A stretch of 56,963 nucleotides of DNA. Origin: Betaproteobacteria bacterium. GTDB taxonomy: Bacteria; Pseudomonadota; Gammaproteobacteria; Burkholderiales; Thiobacteraceae. Location: positions 1-56,963 of the forward strand of contig JAYVZN010000098.1 of NCBI GenBank assembly GCA_043783305.1, read 5' to 3'. Within the stretch, counting starts at the first letter, position 1, and each line of letters opens with the position of its first letter. Below, piece after piece: positions 1 through 9,367 of this stretch. A model generated the notes under the pieces. It was not told where the DNA came from. It ran no database searches and was given only the letters and a program-made list of their open reading frames with translations. The position numbers were made by a program, and so were the translations under genes.

Positions 1-450
1 GCATTAACCAACAAAGCCGGTGCAACACCAATCTCGAATCACGTGTACAGCTACGATGCCTTCGGTAACCGATCAAGCCAGACCGAGACCATTCAAAGCG
101 TCACCAAAAACTGGACTTATCAATACGACGCACAAAACAAATTAACCCAAGCCAACGACGGCACCGCCACCAACTGGACCTGGGACATCTTCGGTAATCG
201 AAGAAGTCAGACCATCGCGACCAACACGCTGGCCTACCTCAACGACGATGCACATCAACTGAATGAAATCCGAAATGGCACCGATACCGGGCTACTCTTG
301 GCGGCGTTCAAATACGATGCCAACGGCAACCTGACCAAGAAGTGCGATGCCACGACCGGCGGAGCCGTCACGCAAACGACCAGCGATTGCAGCGCGAGTG
401 GTGTCGGCAGCAGCACGCTGGCCCTGGCCTACGATGCCTCTGGGTGTTAG
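1..450 (+). pseudogene. RHS/YD-repeat protein fragment (5' end outside window, ends abruptly with no RHS core or toxin tail)
   Basis: Frame 1 is open from base 1. The translation carries repeated YD motifs (YSYDAFGNR, YQYDAQNKL, WDIFGNRRS, KYDANGNL). It terminates ...AYDASGC without the conserved PxxxxDPxGL core end or a C-terminal toxin domain. Confidence 0.6.
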
Positions 451-455
451 TCTCG

Positions 456-575
456 GTCATTCCGGCAGTTGTAGCAACGCAGTGGGGCGTAATCCTACGG
501 GAAGAGCGCTATCTTAAAGAAAAATTCGGTGATGATTACGGTCGTTATGCATCGAAGGTACGTCGTTGGTTGTAA
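456..575 (+). pseudogene. C-terminal remnant of an ICMT/PEMT-family membrane methyltransferase (about 39 codons)
   Basis: The frame-3 translation ...VIPAVVATQWGVILREERYLKEKFGDDYGRYASKVRRWL* matches the conserved C-terminus of isoprenylcysteine/phospholipid methyltransferase-family proteins. No N-terminal body is present; it sits directly against the RHS fragment. Confidence 0.35.
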
Positions 576-901
576 CGTGGCAATCCTGATACGGCGTTTG
601 CGCGGGATGCGGCAAAAGCGCGGCAGCCTCTGTATAATTTTACGGCAAGAACGGGTTTTCAAGCTGACCCGGCCAGGAGTCGGTCGGTGATCGGCGGCTG
701 TTATTGGGCGCGGTGGATCTTCACGTCATACCCGGCCAAGTGCGCTTGGTGGGATCGCTTTCGATGGTGCGAATGGGCGCAACTTTCTCCTCCGGTTAAA
801 AGTGATGAAAACGATTATTCTCATCACATTGGGGATCGCGTTTGCGATTACCCTACTGCAATCTCGGGGTGAGGCAGCCCCTTTCATTCGTCAGGGGCTT
901 T

Positions 902-1837
902 ATGGTTTCTCGAAATAGCCGCACGGAATATGAAGGCAGAATGCACCGAGTGCTGGCCTATATTGATCAGCACCTGGAGCAACCCCTGGATCTCAATACC
1001 TTGGCCGAGGTTGCGCATTTTTCCCCCTTCCATTTTCATCGACTCTTTGCCGCGTGGATGGGAGAAACGCTCGGCGAATATCTGCGTCGGCGGCGTATTG
1101 AAGTGGCCGCCATGCGGCTCGCCGCCCAGCCGCGCACGAGGATTCTGGATATGGCGTTGTCGGTAGGTTTTCGTTCCGCCGAAGCCTTTGCACGTGCGTT
1201 CAAAAATCGGTTCGGCTGTTCGCCCACGGCTTGGCGTACGCAACAATTCGTGCAGCACCATGCGAATAGCAATCCGGGTCAGGTGAATAGCAAGATAAGT
1301 CAGGCACCCACTATTTTTTCGGCGGAACATGAGATCTTTCGAAACGCAGATAGAAAGAATTTTATGAACGTAAAACTTATTGACCGTCAGCCCGTGACCG
1401 TTGCCTATCTTCGACACCTCGGTGCCTACGGCGAACCCGTCGCTGATTTCTGGCAGAATACGTACAAGCCGTGGGCTGTTATGAACAAGCTAGGCGGAGA
1501 TCACGCGCGCTACGGTATCAGCTACGACGACCCGAGTATTACAGCGGCTGACCAGTGCCGGTACGATGCTTGCGCAGAGGTTGCGGCGGATTTTGTTGCA
1601 TCAGGAGGCGCTTTAAAGACCACCCTTCCGGGAGGCCGGTATGCAATGCTCCGTTTTAAAGGCACGGTCAAACAAGTCGGCGAAGCTTGGGTCGCATTAC
1701 TACGGGACTGGCTGCCTTCCAGTGGACTTCAGCTCGATGCGCGTCCCTGTTTCGAATACTACCCAAGAGGTGCGGCATATGATTGTGCGGCAGGAGAGTT
1801 CGAGTGCGAAATATGCATTCCCGTTGTTCCGCTTTGA
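902..1837 (+). CDS. AraC-family transcriptional regulator with GyrI-like effector-binding domain
   Basis: The N-terminus has an AraC helix-turn-helix (LDLNTLAEVAHFSPFHFHRLFAAWMGETLGEYLRRRRIEVAAMRL). The C-terminal about 150 aa is GyrI-like. ATG at 902 (MVSRNS) is preferred over the ORF-track start at 842. Confidence 0.8.
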   Translation: MVSRNSRTEYEGRMHRVLAYIDQHLEQPLDLNTLAEVAHFSPFHFHRLFAAWMGETLGEYLRRRRIEVAAMRLAAQPRTRILDMALSVGFRSAEAFARAFKNRFGCSPTAWRTQQFVQHHANSNPGQVNSKISQAPTIFSAEHEIFRNADRKNFMNVKLIDRQPVTVAYLRHLGAYGEPVADFWQNTYKPWAVMNKLGGDHARYGISYDDPSITAADQCRYDACAEVAADFVASGGALKTTLPGGRYAMLRFKGTVKQVGEAWVALLRDWLPSSGLQLDARPCFEYYPRGAAYDCAAGEFECEICIPVVPL

Positions 1838-2133
1838 GGGGATATAGGCTTGTCAGGAAGGCAATAGTCGGGTCAATCATTCTATTTCAAGGGGCGGTCG
1901 CCGACGGAGCCGCGGGTATGATTGTGGAGTGATACATCTCGGCAATCTCGGAGGATAAATTTTCTAATCGCCGCCAGGCATGGCGAGATGCATTCAATTA
2001 GGTAAAGATTAATTGATCGGTTCAAGTGGATTAAATAACGCTCGCGGACTGGTTTTCCAGTGGGCCATTGTGCGCCTAGGACGTGTGCTTTGAACACCGC
2101 GCCGACAGATCAAACAAAGATGGGAGTGATGCA

Positions 2134-2532
2134 ATGACAAATCTTCTTCAAGGTGGTTGCGCCTGCGGGCAAGTACGTTATGAAGTGGTGGCTGAACCGG
2201 CTTTCACGCTGCTGTGCCAATGTCGCCAGTGCCAGAGAATCACCGGTTCCGGGCATTCAGCCCAATTGGCAGTGCCACGTGACAAGACCTCGATCCACGG
2301 CGAGATTCGGTATTACCGCCTCGTTGCCGATAGCGGTAGTGCGGTGGATAGCGGTTTTTGCCCCACCTGCGGAAGCCCCATCCTAAAGACCACCTCTGAA
2401 TTTCCACAGTTTAATTTTTTTCATGCGGCTACGCTGGATAAACCTGAAATCTTCAAGCCGCAAATGCTCGTTTGGAGTAAAAGTGCCCAACCGTGGGATC
2501 ACGTAAACCCCAGTATTCCCGTTCGCGAATGA
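2134..2532 (+). CDS. GFA-family (glutathione-dependent formaldehyde-activating / CENP-V-like) zinc-binding protein
   Basis: Cys-rich motifs GGCACGQVRYEV, LCQCRQCQRITGS and CPTCGSPI are present. ATG at 2134 is preceded by GGGAG. Confidence 0.7.
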   Translation: MTNLLQGGCACGQVRYEVVAEPAFTLLCQCRQCQRITGSGHSAQLAVPRDKTSIHGEIRYYRLVADSGSAVDSGFCPTCGSPILKTTSEFPQFNFFHAATLDKPEIFKPQMLVWSKSAQPWDHVNPSIPVRE

Positions 2533-2608
2533 TATCGACCGCGTCATTCCGTCGTGCTTTTTCGCGCCGTGTGATGGCGAACGTTGAGCATCTAAAACTG
2601 GAGCGCAC

Positions 2609-2998
2609 ATGAGTTTCGAAATTCAATCCAAAATTATTGAGTTGGAAGAGCGTCTCAGGCAAGCGATGCTGCATTCGGAAGTAAGCGTTCTCGATGAACT
2701 TATTGCGCCGGAGCTCCTCTTCACCAATCACCTTGGGCAACGCATCACGAAGCAAGAAGACTTGGCGTTCCATCGCTCGGGTGCTCTTCAGTTACAGGCG
2801 CTTACACCGTCGGAGCAATATATCCAGATCAATTCTGGATTCATCGTGGTTTCTGTTTTGATGCATCTGCTGGGCGCTTACGAGGGTGCGCCAATTGATT
2901 TTAGTATTCGATATACACGCATATGGGCGGAGGCTTCAAACGGGTCTATGCAAATAGTGGCGGGCCACGCCAGCGCGATCCAAAAAACTAACGGCTGA
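2609..2998 (+). CDS. SnoaL-like / DUF4440 (NTF2-fold) domain protein
   Basis: 129-aa ORF with the pattern of DUF4440/NTF2-like small enzymes. No signal peptide. Confidence 0.45.
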   Translation: MSFEIQSKIIELEERLRQAMLHSEVSVLDELIAPELLFTNHLGQRITKQEDLAFHRSGALQLQALTPSEQYIQINSGFIVVSVLMHLLGAYEGAPIDFSIRYTRIWAEASNGSMQIVAGHASAIQKTNG

Positions 2999-3084
2999 AA
3001 TAGGTGCCCGGTCGGACATTCGCTTTTAGCCGGTAATCGCCCAATACGATGTACCCTTCAGCTTCGTTAACTTTTAAACGCATA

Positions 3085-4044
3085 ATGAACGACCGAACTC
3101 AAATCAAAAAAGCCACCAGCCATCGCTATGTGGAACGCGTTAATCTGGCCTTGCATTATATTCATGAGAATCTGGATGATCCGCTGGATTTGCAGAAAAT
3201 TGCAATGGCCAGTTGTTTTTCGAAGTACCACTTTCATCGGATATTTCTCGCCTTAATGGGTGAGACGGTCAATGACTATGTGGGCCGTAAACGACTTGAG
3301 CGTGCGGCCAACCGGCTTATTTTTAAGAAAAAGTTGAGCATCACAAAAGTTGCGGTGATGAGTGGTTTTTCGTCGAGCGCTAACTTCGCAAAAGCATTTA
3401 AGTTGCATTTCGGTATCAGCCCGAGCCGGATCAGAAAACCGGTCGGTACCGAAAACAGCAAGATTGGAAAAATATTCAGCAAGTATGGAAAGGATTTCAA
3501 TCCCAATGACTTATATCCTCAAGTGGTCGTCAATAAGGTGACAAACGACCCCAACCCATTTGAGGAAATGCCAATGAATGTAACCGTAGTGGAAATCAAA
3601 GAACAAATTGCCTGCGCACTGGCTTCACCAGGGGGTTATGAATCCACCTCTTTGTTCAAAACCTGGGATCGGTTGATCGCATGGGCGCGCGACAACGGTA
3701 TTCAAGATGAAGAACAGCAACGTTTTGCGCTCTGTTATGACAATCCGGCGATTACACCGATTGAAAAATGTCGCTATGAAGCGGTGATCGTCGTAAGCCC
3801 CGATGTCCGGATCGTAGAACCTTTTTTTAAGGCGGTCATCCCATCGGGAAAATATGTTGTTGCGCACTACAAGGGCGCTGCAGAAGAAACCAGCGACTTT
3901 CACCGCTCGCTGTACTCCAATTGGTTCCCCAGTAGCGGATTCGAACCCGATAATTTTCCGTTGATGGAACACTATCTTAATGATGTGAGGGAGGCCGGTT
4001 ATGTGGAAATGCAGGTTTACATTAAGCTGAAAAGTATTGTGTAG
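3085..4044 (+). CDS. AraC-family transcriptional regulator with GyrI-like effector-binding domain (second copy)
   Basis: AraC helix-turn-helix (LDLQKIAMASCFSKYHFHRIFLALMGETVNDYVGRKRLERAANRL) followed by a GyrI-like C-terminal half. ATG at 3085 (MNDRTQ). Confidence 0.8.
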   Translation: MNDRTQIKKATSHRYVERVNLALHYIHENLDDPLDLQKIAMASCFSKYHFHRIFLALMGETVNDYVGRKRLERAANRLIFKKKLSITKVAVMSGFSSSANFAKAFKLHFGISPSRIRKPVGTENSKIGKIFSKYGKDFNPNDLYPQVVVNKVTNDPNPFEEMPMNVTVVEIKEQIACALASPGGYESTSLFKTWDRLIAWARDNGIQDEEQQRFALCYDNPAITPIEKCRYEAVIVVSPDVRIVEPFFKAVIPSGKYVVAHYKGAAEETSDFHRSLYSNWFPSSGFEPDNFPLMEHYLNDVREAGYVEMQVYIKLKSIV

Positions 4045-4250
4045 GGCTGGACAAGCTGCACTTTTTCGATGTACCGCACCGCGCAGACGATAGTCAAAAT
4101 AGAGGATGCCTCTAATTGGTGAATCGACGACTGCGTTTGTTTCATTCTGGTGCATGGCTGAATATAGTGGTGCACAGTTGATGTTTTAAATTACTTCATT
4201 GGAGACGTAATGCACTGATTTTGCGTTAAATATATTTTTGTGCACTAAGT

Positions 4251-4266
4251 TGGCACGGCTTCTGCA
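4251..4266 (+). promoter_or_regulatory. sigma54 (RpoN) -24/-12 promoter candidate upstream of the nitrate transporter gene
   Basis: TGGCACGGCTTCTGCA matches TGGCAC-N5-TTGCA with GG-N10-GC spacing. It lies 44 nt upstream of GTG 4310. Upstream TGCAC/GTGCA half-sites at about 4150-4250 are possible NtrC enhancer sites. Confidence 0.55.
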
Positions 4267-4309
4267 ACAGCATGCCTTAATACCTAAGATTAATTTGAGG
4301 AGCTGTTGC

Positions 4310-5521
4310 GTGAATAAAGAATTTTGGAAGGCCGGACATCCGCCGACGTTGTTTGCGGCATTTTTTTATTTCGATCTAGCGTTCATGGTGTGGGTGATGC
4401 TGGGGCCGCTCGGAGTGCAGATCGCGCAAGACTTACATCTGTCGTCCGCGCAAAAAGGTTTAATGGTGGCCACCCCGGTACTTTCCGGGGCTCTACTGCG
4501 CATTGTCATGGGAATCTTGGTGGATCACCTTAAACCGAAGAAAGCCGGTATTTTAGGGCAGATCGTGGTGCTGGTTGCGCTGGGTTGGGCTTGGCATTTC
4601 GGGATTCATAGTTTCCAACAGGTATTGCTCCTGGGCGTGTTTCTCGGGTTCGCGGGCGCGGCATTCGCTGTTGCCTTGCCGCTAGCGTCACGCTGGTATC
4701 CCCCCGAGCATCAAGGAACAGCACTAGGGATTGCCGGTGCCGGAAACTCCGGTACGGTGCTGGCCGCATTGTTCGCGCCGACATTAGCGATGTGGTACGG
4801 CTGGGAAAATGTGTTCGGTTTAGCGATGATTCCTTTAAGCTTGGCTTTTATTGTTTATCTGGCGCTGGCAAAAGATGCACCGGAATGCCCGCCGCCGAAA
4901 TCACTGCACGAATATATGGCCGTTCTAAAAGATAAAGACGCATGGTGGTTTATGTTCTTTTACAGCGTAACTTTCGGCGGCTTTGTCGGCCTAGCGTCTT
5001 CGTTAACGATCTACTTTAATACTCAATACGGCTTGAACCCGGTGACGGCGGGTTATTTCACAGCGGCTTGCGTGTTTGCCGGATCGCTGGTGCGCCCTAT
5101 CGGCGGTACGGTGGCCGACCGCATCGGCGGTATTCGTTCACTGTCGGTCATGTACGGTTTCGCGGCGGTATTTCTTTTCATCGTCAGCTTCGGACTCAGT
5201 CAGGCTTGGATGGCGTTGGCCGTTTTCGTCGGCGCGATGCTGGCGCTCGGCATGGGTAATGGCGCGGTGTTCCAGTTGGTACCGCAGCGATTCCGCAAGG
5301 AAATTGGCGTGATGACCGGATTGGTGGGGATGGCGGGCGGTGTGGGAGGATTTTATTTAGCGTCTAGTTTGGGCTACGTAAAACAATCGACCGGCAGTTA
5401 TCAAATGGGTTTTGTAATTTTCTCCGGTTTGGCCATCGTGGCTTTGATTGGGCTGACGAGTGTCAAAACACGTTGGCGCACCACCTGGGGTGCGGCGCAT
5501 TTAACCGCAGCAAAAATCTAA
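4310..5521 (+). CDS. MFS nitrate/nitrite transporter (NarK/NasA-like, NNP family)
   Basis: 12-TM MFS protein whose N-terminal region (FYFDLAFMVWVMLGPLGVQIAQDLHLSSAQKGLMVATPVLSGALLRIVMGILVD) is typical of NarK-type transporters. GTG start at 4310 with GAGGAG 8 nt upstream; the ORF-track ATG at 4238 lacks an RBS. Confidence 0.7.
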   Translation: MNKEFWKAGHPPTLFAAFFYFDLAFMVWVMLGPLGVQIAQDLHLSSAQKGLMVATPVLSGALLRIVMGILVDHLKPKKAGILGQIVVLVALGWAWHFGIHSFQQVLLLGVFLGFAGAAFAVALPLASRWYPPEHQGTALGIAGAGNSGTVLAALFAPTLAMWYGWENVFGLAMIPLSLAFIVYLALAKDAPECPPPKSLHEYMAVLKDKDAWWFMFFYSVTFGGFVGLASSLTIYFNTQYGLNPVTAGYFTAACVFAGSLVRPIGGTVADRIGGIRSLSVMYGFAAVFLFIVSFGLSQAWMALAVFVGAMLALGMGNGAVFQLVPQRFRKEIGVMTGLVGMAGGVGGFYLASSLGYVKQSTGSYQMGFVIFSGLAIVALIGLTSVKTRWRTTWGAAHLTAAKI

Positions 5522-5629
5522 AGCAGTTCCGTCGCGAGGGCATGGAAGGCAGCGCGTTAATCGGTTGCTTTACGTCATACCTCCCGAGTATTCTGCGGCA
5601 CCGACTTTTTGTCGTTACAATCCTGCCCT

Positions 5630-7324
5630 ATGGCTCTACAAATATCGGTTGGTCAAGCAACACACATAGGTAGCCGCGAGGAGAACGAGGACTACGCAGG
5701 CTGCGTGACTCCGGATGCCTCCGTCGCCCAGATCAAAGGCGCGTTGCTGGCCGTGGCCGACGGCGTGGGCGGTGGGGCGGCCGGGCGCGAAGCCTCCGAA
5801 TTCACCGTGCGCGGTGTCTTGTCCGACTACTACGCCACGCCCGATACCTGGGAAGTGCCGTTCGCTCTTGAAAAAATACTAGCTGCGATTAACCGTTGGT
5901 TATTAGCGCAGGGAAGATCGCAGCATGCGCTGGCCGACATGGCCACAACACTCTCCGCGCTCGTGCTGCGCGGCGCGCGTTTTTACACGGCGCATGTTGG
6001 CGATAGCCGGATCTATCGCTTGCGCGGTTCAAATCTACAGCAACTCACGACCGATCATGTTTGGGATCGTCCCGACATGCGCCATGTCTTGAAGCGCGCC
6101 GTGGGTTTAGATCAATTTCTATCCGTCGACTATGCCGATGGTGATTTGGCGGCCGGCGATATTTTTATCCTCGCAACCGACGGCGTGTGGGAACCGCTGG
6201 GCGATAAAATCATGCACGAATTGCTGCTGCTGCATCGCGAACCGCAGCGCGTGGCGGAAGCCCTGGTTGAAAGTGCCGTCAAGCGCAGTGGGCAAGACAA
6301 CGCAACCGTGGTCGTGGTGTCTGTGGAACAAGTGGGTGAAGATTCGTTGCAGGAATTTTTAACCGAAGGTAAAACCCTGCCGCTACCACCGAAATTTAAG
6401 CCCGGCGAGCGCATCGACGATTTCGAAGTGCTGGAACTGCTGCACGATTCCCGTGTCAGCCTGTTGTACAAAGTGCGGCAGATAGCCACCCAGCAAATCC
6501 TGGTATTAAAAACACTGCAACCGATTTTAGCCGATGACACGGCCAGCCAAAGTTGTTTGCTGATGGAAGAGTGGTTGACCAAGCGCGTGATGTCGCACTA
6601 CTTTCCGCAAGCGGTACCGTTGTTGCCCGGAGAGCGTAGTTGCTTGTATTTTGCGATGAGTTTTCACGAAGGCGCGACCCTGCAGCAGCGTCTCGACCAA
6701 GGCCAGCATTTCTCGGTAGCCGATGTGGCGCAAATCGGTATTCGCCTAGCCAAAGGCCTGTCGGCGCTGCACCGCTTGCATGTGATCCATCGCGATATCA
6801 AGCCGGCCAATTTACACGGCGGGGCGGATGGCAAATTGCGCATTCTGGATTTGGGTGTAGCGCTCAACCCCTGGACCGAGTCGGGTGCGCGCGGCAATGC
6901 CGGCACACCCAGTTTTATGGCACCGGAACAATTTACCGGTGCTGCGGCCAACGGTCAGGGTGATATTTACGCCGTCGGTGTGACGCTGTATCACTTACTG
7001 ACGCGCAAATATCCATATGGTGAAATCGAGCCGTTTCAAAATCCGCGTTTCGGCGAGCCGGTACCGCCCACGCGCTATCGTCCGGATATACCGCAGTGGC
7101 TGGAAAATGTCATCCTCAAGGCGGCTGCGCGCGACCGCGAGAAGCGCTTCGAAACGATCGAAGAGCTGTTGCTGGCTTTAGAGCAAGGGGAAATGAAACC
7201 CTTAGCGCCGATGGCGGCAACACCGCTGATCGAACGTTGCACTCCAGTCGTTTGGAAATTTTTGGCGCTGTTATCCTTTCTACTGAATCTGTTGTTGCTA
7301 TACCTGTTGCTGGCCGGGACTTAA
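5630..7324 (+). CDS. Bifunctional PP2C-type Ser/Thr phosphatase / Hanks-type Ser/Thr protein kinase with C-terminal membrane anchor
   Basis: The N-terminus has PP2C motifs (GSREENEDY, LAVADGVGG, ATDGVWE, GQDNATVVVV). The C-terminal half has kinase motifs (VLKTL lysine, HRDIKPANL, DLG, GTPSFMAPE). The protein ends in a hydrophobic helix (FLALLSFLLNLLLLYLLLAG). Confidence 0.8.
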   Translation: MALQISVGQATHIGSREENEDYAGCVTPDASVAQIKGALLAVADGVGGGAAGREASEFTVRGVLSDYYATPDTWEVPFALEKILAAINRWLLAQGRSQHALADMATTLSALVLRGARFYTAHVGDSRIYRLRGSNLQQLTTDHVWDRPDMRHVLKRAVGLDQFLSVDYADGDLAAGDIFILATDGVWEPLGDKIMHELLLLHREPQRVAEALVESAVKRSGQDNATVVVVSVEQVGEDSLQEFLTEGKTLPLPPKFKPGERIDDFEVLELLHDSRVSLLYKVRQIATQQILVLKTLQPILADDTASQSCLLMEEWLTKRVMSHYFPQAVPLLPGERSCLYFAMSFHEGATLQQRLDQGQHFSVADVAQIGIRLAKGLSALHRLHVIHRDIKPANLHGGADGKLRILDLGVALNPWTESGARGNAGTPSFMAPEQFTGAAANGQGDIYAVGVTLYHLLTRKYPYGEIEPFQNPRFGEPVPPTRYRPDIPQWLENVILKAAARDREKRFETIEELLLALEQGEMKPLAPMAATPLIERCTPVVWKFLALLSFLLNLLLLYLLLAGT

Positions 7325-7872
7325 CGCGCAAACGCTTTTTTTGAAGCTAAATACGCGGACTCTTCAGCGCTATTGGTACGTCCGAGAATCGCATTCCGAT
7401 GCGGAAAACGTCCAAAGCGATGTACGATTTCGCGGTGATGACGGGCGAAGCGTAAATTGTTTTCCAGACCGGCGGCTTCAAATAAGGCAACCGATAAATC
7501 TTGATCGGCTAAGTCTTCACTGTGCATTAAGGGCATGTACAAAAAGGCCAGTTGCGCTTTATCTATCAACAAATCGAAACCTTGTGCAATGGCTTGCTTT
7601 GTTACGGCGATGGCCTGTTGCATCGTGGAAAAACTTTTAACGGTTCCACGAAACATGTTTAACGGGAATTGGTCAAGAACAATAACTAAAGCCAGGCAAC
7701 CAGCAGAATGGTTACACCAGTGATGGAGTGCGCCAAGCTGTGCGGATTCCCAGACGGGCTCGTAACGCTCCCGAATCATGGCATCTACCGACGGTGTGGA
7801 AGCAAACCACTTTGCACGCATTTCTGCGGCATACCAGAAATGGACAATGTCTTGCGGGGTGGTCGTCTGCAT
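7321..7872 (-). CDS. DUF924 family protein
   Basis: 183 aa, with the FWY...W pattern and the LDQFPLNMFRG motif characteristic of bacterial DUF924. Confidence 0.7.
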   Translation of the reverse strand: MQTTTPQDIVHFWYAAEMRAKWFASTPSVDAMIRERYEPVWESAQLGALHHWCNHSAGCLALVIVLDQFPLNMFRGTVKSFSTMQQAIAVTKQAIAQGFDLLIDKAQLAFLYMPLMHSEDLADQDLSVALFEAAGLENNLRFARHHREIVHRFGRFPHRNAILGRTNSAEESAYLASKKAFAR

Positions 7873-8054
7873 AGCGCAATTATAGGCGCGTGGCCGTTAT
7901 ACGGCGGTCATTGCAACAGAGGCAGAGCTTTTAGGGGGTACTCGTACCGGTTATCCCATCCGCCGTGCGCCGCGATCAGGGTCTCAAGTTTTAGCCGAAT
8001 CTACCGCAATAAACACCAGGCCCCGTAGAAACCCCTACCTGGAAAACAAAAATT

Positions 8055-9347
8055 ATGTTTAATAATATCAATTTGCAGCAGCGCCTGTCCTACCTGGTGC
8101 TATTTTGCTGTGTGCTTTTGTTAGCCGCAAACGGTTTGGGGTTGTATACCATGAATGCGGCGCATGATGCACTGCGTTCCAGTGTTGAGGCGCAGAAGAC
8201 ATTGCTTGCGCGGCAAGCAGATGCCACCAAAATTGTGTCGGAGGCCGAGCATGCACTCAGCGCGGCGCAAGCTGCGCATGATCGTCGTTTCAATGTGGCG
8301 CTTGGAGGGATGATTTTTACCCTTGTTGCGATGGGCTTCGTCGGTTATGTAACGGTGCGCAGCGTTGCAGGCGTGGCCGATTTGATTCGAGAAGCACTGA
8401 AGAAAATTGCGGCGGGTAATTTTACGGTGCGCATTGATTATCGCGGGGGGTTATACAAACGCATCATTTCGGACATCAACACCACGGTTCAAATGCTGCA
8501 ATCGGTTATCACCGAGGTGTCTCAAGCCAGCGCGCAATTAACTTCTTCCGCGACAGTCCTGTCCAATGTAACGGATACCACATCGCAGGGCATTCAAAAA
8601 CAACAAAATGAAACGGATCAAGTTGTTTCGGCCATGCAGGAAATGTCCTCGGCGGCGCATTTAATTGCGGAGAACGCGGCTCAGGCCGCAACAGCGGCGA
8701 ACGACGCGGACAAGCAGGCGGGAGAAGGTGCATTGATCGTGACGCAAGCCATCAGCATGATTCAAGGAATGACGGGGGATATGGAAAACTCCACCGCAGT
8801 GATCCATAAGCTGCAACAGGAAAGTACGAATATCGGCGCGGTGTTGCTCGCGATTAAAGAAATCGCCGATCAAACCAATTTATTGGCCTTGAATGCAGCG
8901 ATTGAGGCCGCGCGCGCCGGAGAACAAGGGCGCGGGTTTGCCGTGGTTGCCGATGAAGTGCGCACCCTCGCCGGGCGCACACAGCAAGCTACCGTTGAAA
9001 TTGAAGGCATGATCGAGAGCCTGCAAGTCGGTACAAAAGAGGCGGTTCAAACGATTGCACGCAGCAGCGAGCGCGTGTTGGCAGGTGTTACGCAGGCCAC
9101 ACACGCCAGTAAAGCGCTTGACGCGATTACACGTGTCGTGAGTAACATTACCGATATGAATACGCAGATTGCGAGCGCGGCGGAAGAACAAAGCGCGGCG
9201 GTAGAAGAGATAAACAGCAGCATTGCCGCCATTGGTACCATCAGTCTTAAGACGGCAGACGGTGCGCAGCACACGGCCTTGGCCAGTAACGACCTGGCCG
9301 CGCTGGCCGCGCAACTGCGCACGATGCTGACGCAATTCAAAGTGTAG
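8055..9347 (+). CDS. Methyl-accepting chemotaxis protein (short periplasmic loop, HAMP, MCP signalling domain)
   Basis: Two TM segments, a HAMP domain, and the highly conserved MCP hairpin tip [34 protein letters not shown]. Confidence 0.85.
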   Translation: MFNNINLQQRLSYLVLFCCVLLLAANGLGLYTMNAAHDALRSSVEAQKTLLARQADATKIVSEAEHALSAAQAAHDRRFNVALGGMIFTLVAMGFVGYVTVRSVAGVADLIREALKKIAAGNFTVRIDYRGGLYKRIISDINTTVQMLQSVITEVSQASAQLTSSATVLSNVTDTTSQGIQKQQNETDQVVSAMQEMSSAAHLIAENAAQAATAANDADKQAGEGALIVTQAISMIQGMTGDMENSTAVIHKLQQESTNIGAVLLAIKEIADQTNLLALNAAIEAARAGEQGRGFAVVADEVRTLAGRTQQATVEIEGMIESLQVGTKEAVQTIARSSERVLAGVTQATHASKALDAITRVVSNITDMNTQIASAAEEQSAAVEEINSSIAAIGTISLKTADGAQHTALASNDLAALAAQLRTMLTQFKV

Positions 9348-9367
9348 TTTTTACGGTGACGCGAGCT

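Noticed and set aside
884-1417. 177-aa minus-strand ORF
   Set aside because: It is entirely antisense to the AraC/GyrI regulator gene and has no motifs, typical of GC-rich antisense frames.
4238-4309. ORF-track ATG start for the nitrate transporter
   Set aside because: A GTG at 4310 has a consensus GAGGAG RBS and follows the sigma54 promoter. The upstream 24 codons would overlap the promoter itself.
5609-5629. TTG start for the PP2C/kinase gene given in the track
   Set aside because: An in-frame ATG at 5630 is followed directly by the conserved PP2C N-terminus, so the ATG is the more parsimonious start. The TTG start cannot be fully excluded.
6130-6582. 150-aa minus-strand ORF rich in Ser/Cys
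   Set aside because: It is antisense inside the PP2C/kinase gene with low-complexity composition. It is spurious.
7340-7380. Possible bidirectional terminator between the convergent kinase and DUF924 genes
   Set aside because: Only a 3-bp GC stem (GCG-CAAAC-CGC) precedes the T-run. This is too weak to call.
7940-8000. Possible sigma28 promoter upstream of the first MCP (TCAAGTTT...ACCGCAAT)
   Set aside because: The -10 region matches only 4 of 8 consensus positions.
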